A DNA stretch of 64,000 nucleotides from the human T2T-CHM13v2.0 reference genome, Homo sapiens. The stretch lies in NCBI RefSeq assembly GCF_009914755.1, contig NC_060940.1. One strand, written 5' to 3'. A program made the position numbers and the translations under genes. Within the stretch, counting starts at the first letter, position 1. Each line of letters opens with the position of its first letter. Positions 1 through 64,000 of this stretch are shown piece by piece. The notes under the pieces are model-generated. The model was not told where the DNA came from, made no database searches, and was given only the letters and a program-made list of their open reading frames with translations.

Positions 1-190
1 AGGTTCCGTCCACACTTACCTGGACTCCAGGACTGCACCTGGTCCCCTGGGGCCACTGCCGTGTCCACCCCACAGTGTGCGTGAGCTCCCTCCCCCTCCT
101 GTACTCAGCATCGTCCAGCTTCCTCATCTTCTCCGGTCCAATGGATATAAGGTTACATCTTGTTTACTTTTCATTTGATTTTTGTTATGA

Positions 191-816
<626 letters not shown>

Positions 817-1910
817 ATTTGTAGGATTTCTAAAAGGAAGCTGCTATTATTCATTCCTGTCTTATGGGGGAGCTGCAGGCTCAGCGAGGGCAAAGCTGCA
901 CAGCAAACAGCAGCACTTGAACATGTCTGCCGGGTCTCAGCGCCAGGGATACAGCTGAGCCAGGACGTTCCCAGCCCCCACAGTGTGCAGGCTGCAGGTG
1001 TGGCCCCGATGCCAAGCCAGCAGGGGCTCCCACGCCAGGATTTGTTCAAGACACAGCTCATCTCCACCATTCTATGAAGCGGACTTTAAAATCCCATCTT
1101 CTACACACCAACGCTGAGGCCGGAGCAGCCCAAGCTCCAAGGCACCGTGGCCAGCTGGGGTTCGTATCGAGGGCTGGGGCAGATGCTCCAGCTCTGCCCC
1201 ACCCAGAGAGACACTTCTGTCTCCCTATGGGGTCCTTGGCGGGTAAACCAGCCCCTGCTGAGGGTGCAAGCACAGAGCATCCCACCGAGGTCCACAGCTA
1301 CTGCTTTTAAGACTGTTTCCCTGAGAACAGCAACACTGCCCCCCAGCCAGCTCCTGGTAGCATCTAGGGTTGGGACCTCCCACCCCACCAGCCCTGCCAC
1401 CTGCCTCCTCATGGCATCTCAAGGTGCCAGGGGTGCCTTTCTTGCAGAAGAGCCCTCCATCCTGATCTGCCCACACCGCCCTGGCAGATGCTGTCCACGC
1501 CCGGCAGCCTTCTGTGCACCTCAGAGCATGTGTGTGTCGCCATGCACAGAACGATGATTCCTGAGACCCTCGGGTGACTGCTCTGGGCTCAGGTCCCCAG
1601 TGATGACCTGGACCCCAGCCTCACCCCACCCTTCCCACCCACTGATGCCCTGCAGAGCTCTCCTGTCCAAGAGGGTGAAGCCCACACCTGCCTGGCCAGG
1701 CACAGCCCCAAGAGGACCCTGCTTCTATGCAGAGGGTCTCGGAGGCTGGCAGATGTTCAAGAGGTTGGGCCAGGCTTGGTTTGGGGCTGGGCTGTGGCTC
1801 GTCCCCCACATCCTCAGCGGCCTCTGCCATGGGCAGCAGGGGTGGTTGTGCTGCCTGGCCAGTGGGGTGGGGATTGAGGGAGCCACACGGCGAAGCACAG
1901 CAGTGAGCTC

Positions 1911-1916
1911 TTTATT
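1911..1916 (-). terminator. VPS9D1: VPS9D1 polyadenylation signal AATAAA
   Basis: TTTATT on the plus strand, about 710 nt past the stop codon, followed on the minus strand by GU-rich sequence. Confidence 0.8.
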
Positions 1917-2622
1917 TTAGGCTGGGTGGGGGCAGCATGTGACAGTCAAGAGGGCTGACCCTTGGGCTGCACGGACCTAGATAAGATGCCCAGGGTCCCG
2001 GAATGTTCACAGCCCACAGCCAAGGTGAGCAAGGGGCAGGGAATGTCCTGGGCTCAGAGCCCGAGACCCTGCAGGGGTGTCCCTGCCCATCAGCAAACAG
2101 CATACCCTGACACCAGCTGCACCCCAGGCCCCAGCCGGCCCTTGTTCCTGACCCAGACAAGAAACTAGTTCATGGGGCTACAACTCCCCTTCTAGGGGTC
2201 AGAGGGGAGAGAAACTGGACTGCCGTCTCCACTGCTGGCCGGCTCATGGCCCCCTCTTCCCTGATGCTCCCCAGGAGCTGCCCCAGCCAGATGTTCATCG
2301 CTGAGCCTGCACCCACCGAAGCCCAAAGCTTCCCTTCTTGGCCTCTCTGAGGCCTACACAGGAGAGCAGGGCCTGGTTCCTCCTGGAGCTGATTCAGCCC
2401 CATTCTGTCGGGGCAGAGGTGCCAACCCCAAGCTCCAGGGTCAGATGTGAGGTGAGGAAGGTGAAGAGCTGGAGAGCACACCACAGTGGACAAGCCCCCA
2501 CCATGTGCAGAGCAGCGTGAGGCTCCAGGATGGTCCTCAGTAGATCCCATGGCTCCAGGTGTAGGAGAGACAGCCCTGGGAGGCGAGGCCAGGCCCTGCA
2601 GGGACCCTGGGCTCTAGCTGTA

Positions 2623-15627
<13,005 letters not shown>

Positions 15628-15799
15628 GGCGCCGAGCGGGGGAGGCGGCGGCGGTAGCCGAGGGGCTGGACGGGCGACCGGAGGCCCGGAACGCAGCCGG
15701 CGCTGGTGCTGGAGCCGCCCGAGCAGCGGACCGCAGGAAGGGACGCGGCCGCACTTCCGGCGACGGGCCCCCTCCGCGCGTACTGCGGGCCCCACGGGT

Positions 15800-16042
15800 G
15801 TTAGTGGCGGGGGCGGCAGAGTCCGGGTGGGTTGTCGCGACGGAGCCGGGCCTCTTCGCCGTCTTGAGACGGGGCTGGCGAGAAGGGCCCCTCACGGAGT
15901 TGCCATGGGCGTCTAACCGCGGCAGCCAGGCCCCTCTCTACGTGAGACCCCGGCCCCCCTCCCCTTTCTGCAGCCCGCCCGCCACCTGCGCGCCGCGTGG
16001 CCTCCGCCGGCGCCTGCCCGCCCCGCGCCTCCGTCTCCCACG
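15800..16042 (+). other. ZNF276: Probable alternative non-coding first exon of ZNF276 (5' end approximate)
   Basis: Strong donor ACG|GTAAGA at 16042/16043. Splicing to 17297 would start translation at ATG 17317 (gccATGG), giving a 539-aa isoform. Confidence 0.6.
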
Positions 16043-16406
16043 GTAAGAGGCGGTGAGGGCCGCGTCGCCTCTCCCTGGAGGACTCGTCGTGAGGTGTCGG
16101 CGAGCCCCTCCGCCCACCGCCCCGCCCCAGGCCAGCGCTCCATTGGCGACAGAGGCGGGCACGGCCGCCCTCGGGCCCGAGAGGGGAGCGGTACGAGCGG
16201 GGGCGCTGGCACCGCGGGTGGAACCTCGGCCGGCGGGGTCCCGCCCCTGGCCCCTGGCCCGCCCCGCCCGCCTCGCTTTGCTTCTCGCTCCGCCCCTCCC
16301 CCGCCCCGCCTCGCTTCCAGCGCGCCGAGCGGAGCCTAACGCCGGGTCCTCTAGGAACCTCGGGCCGGGCAGCACCCGCGGGATTCTGCTGGCGTCCTCC
16401 GCTGCC

Positions 16407-32997
<16,591 letters not shown>

Positions 32998-33169
32998 GGA
33001 CGGCAGTGAGGATGAGCACCTCTAGCAGCCTGGACTCCGCAGTGGCTGTGTCAGCCTCACCCTTCGTGTGCACCCGCATGGGAGGGTCGGAGGGTGCTGC
33101 CCGCCCTTGGTGCTGGAGGCGGGCTTGGTGTCCGGCTCAAGTAGCCTTCCTCTGCTCTGGGACCAGTGG

Positions 33170-33175
33170 TTTATT
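33170..33175 (-). terminator. FANCA: Candidate proximal FANCA polyA signal AATAAA
   Basis: TTTATT on the plus strand, about 180 nt after the FANCA stop. The recalled full-length 3' UTR is longer (to about 32300). Confidence 0.55.
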
Positions 33176-33302
33176 TTCCCGCAAACGCTGAGTGACTTGG
33201 GGCCGGACAGTTCATAAATAATTGATTCCTTTCCCCACTAAAGCAGTCGAGGAGATTTGTAATCCACTTTTTAGTGCAACAAGAGCTCCATGTTATGCTT
33301 GT

Positions 33303-33308
33303 AATAAA
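33303..33308 (+). terminator. ZNF276: Candidate proximal ZNF276 polyA signal AATAAA
   Basis: Canonical hexamer about 305 nt after the ZNF276 stop. Confidence 0.65.
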
Positions 33309-33351
33309 TTATTTACACGGGAGCTGGGCTGGTGTGCAGTGGCAGGTCCCG

Positions 33352-63240
<29,889 letters not shown>

Positions 63241-64000
63241 CACCAAATATATATTTCATTCTCCCTTTCTTATGCAAAAAGTAGCATCTGAGACCGAGTT
63301 CAGTATTTTGCTTTCTTCACCTGGATATATATCCTGAGGCATCTCTGTGTTTCTAAGAGAGGATGGCCCTGTCTCCCCCAAGCCACCTGGATGCCTCCCT
63401 CCTCACCAGCTCCCAACTTCTCCATTGGCTGTGTGCCTCTCATGCCAACACCCAGTACTCAGTGTTTGGGGCCTGGGGTGAGTGGGGACTGTCTGGTGTG
63501 GCCAAGCGCCTAGGAGGGACTCTGTATCCCCGGAGTACCGAGTGCCTGCTCCCCGAGGCCCATGTCTGAGGTGTGGGATCCGCACAGCTGCCATCTGACT
63601 CCCTCTCCTTGCTCCACGTACATTTCTTGCGCCTCTTCTAAGTTCTCTGTTGTTCAGACCCTGTCATAATGTCAGATCTCCCCTTTCCCGCACAGGGTCT
63701 CCGGCACCGCAACAGGGCTCTGTCCCGACCTGGGCTACCTCTGCCCAAGAGACCAGAAGCTACAAGCCAAGCCCCAGCCAGCAACTCCCACCAGAGTCTC
63801 CCAGCCCTCTGTCCTGGCTTCCGCCTCTGAGTGGCAGCTGAAGGGATTCTGTCCTGGCTTCTGCCTGTGCGTGGCAGCTGCAGGGAGCCCTTGAGGCACT
63901 GAGCAGACCATTCTTAACCACAGGGTCCTTCCTCACCTCAGCACATGGCCCCATCTGCTGAGCCCTAGAGAAACAGCCCGAGGTGTACACACTGGGAAGC

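Noticed and set aside
11-30. Resemblance to the U1 snRNA 5' end (ACTTACCTGG)
   Set aside because: The match stops after 10 nt; it is simply the complement of a donor consensus.

Overview
This is human (or very closely related primate) genomic DNA, recognisable from translated exons as the 16q24.3 VPS9D1 - ZNF276 - FANCA locus. I reconstructed three spliced CDSs from splice signals and frame continuity. VPS9D1 is complete (minus strand, 15 coding exons, 15627->2623, 1896 nt = 631 aa + stop). ZNF276 is complete (plus strand, 11 coding exons, 16407->32997, 1845 nt = 614 aa + stop). FANCA is present as its last 17 exons (27-43; minus strand, 61776->33352). VPS9D1 and ZNF276 share a head-to-head CpG-island promoter, and ZNF276 and FANCA overlap tail-to-tail. 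A probable antisense lncRNA (VPS9D1-AS1) starts in an intragenic CpG island. Introns are packed with Alus, older L1/L2, DNA transposons (MER30, Tigger), solo LTRs (LTR13, MER31-like, MLT2A) and at least six minisatellites. There are no prokaryotic features or CRISPR arrays, and I found no novel gene. The most interesting signals are in splicing architecture: a probable minor-spliceosome (U12-type) intron with a highly atypical GCAGCCTTT donor in VPS9D1, two small tandem duplications that copy a live 5' splice site (ZNF276 exon 5, FANCA exon 28), two GC donors in FANCA, and opposing polyA signals that could tune the ZNF276/FANCA sense-antisense overlap. Repeat family names, gene names and known-variant remarks come from my recall of consensus sequences and annotation and were not computed.
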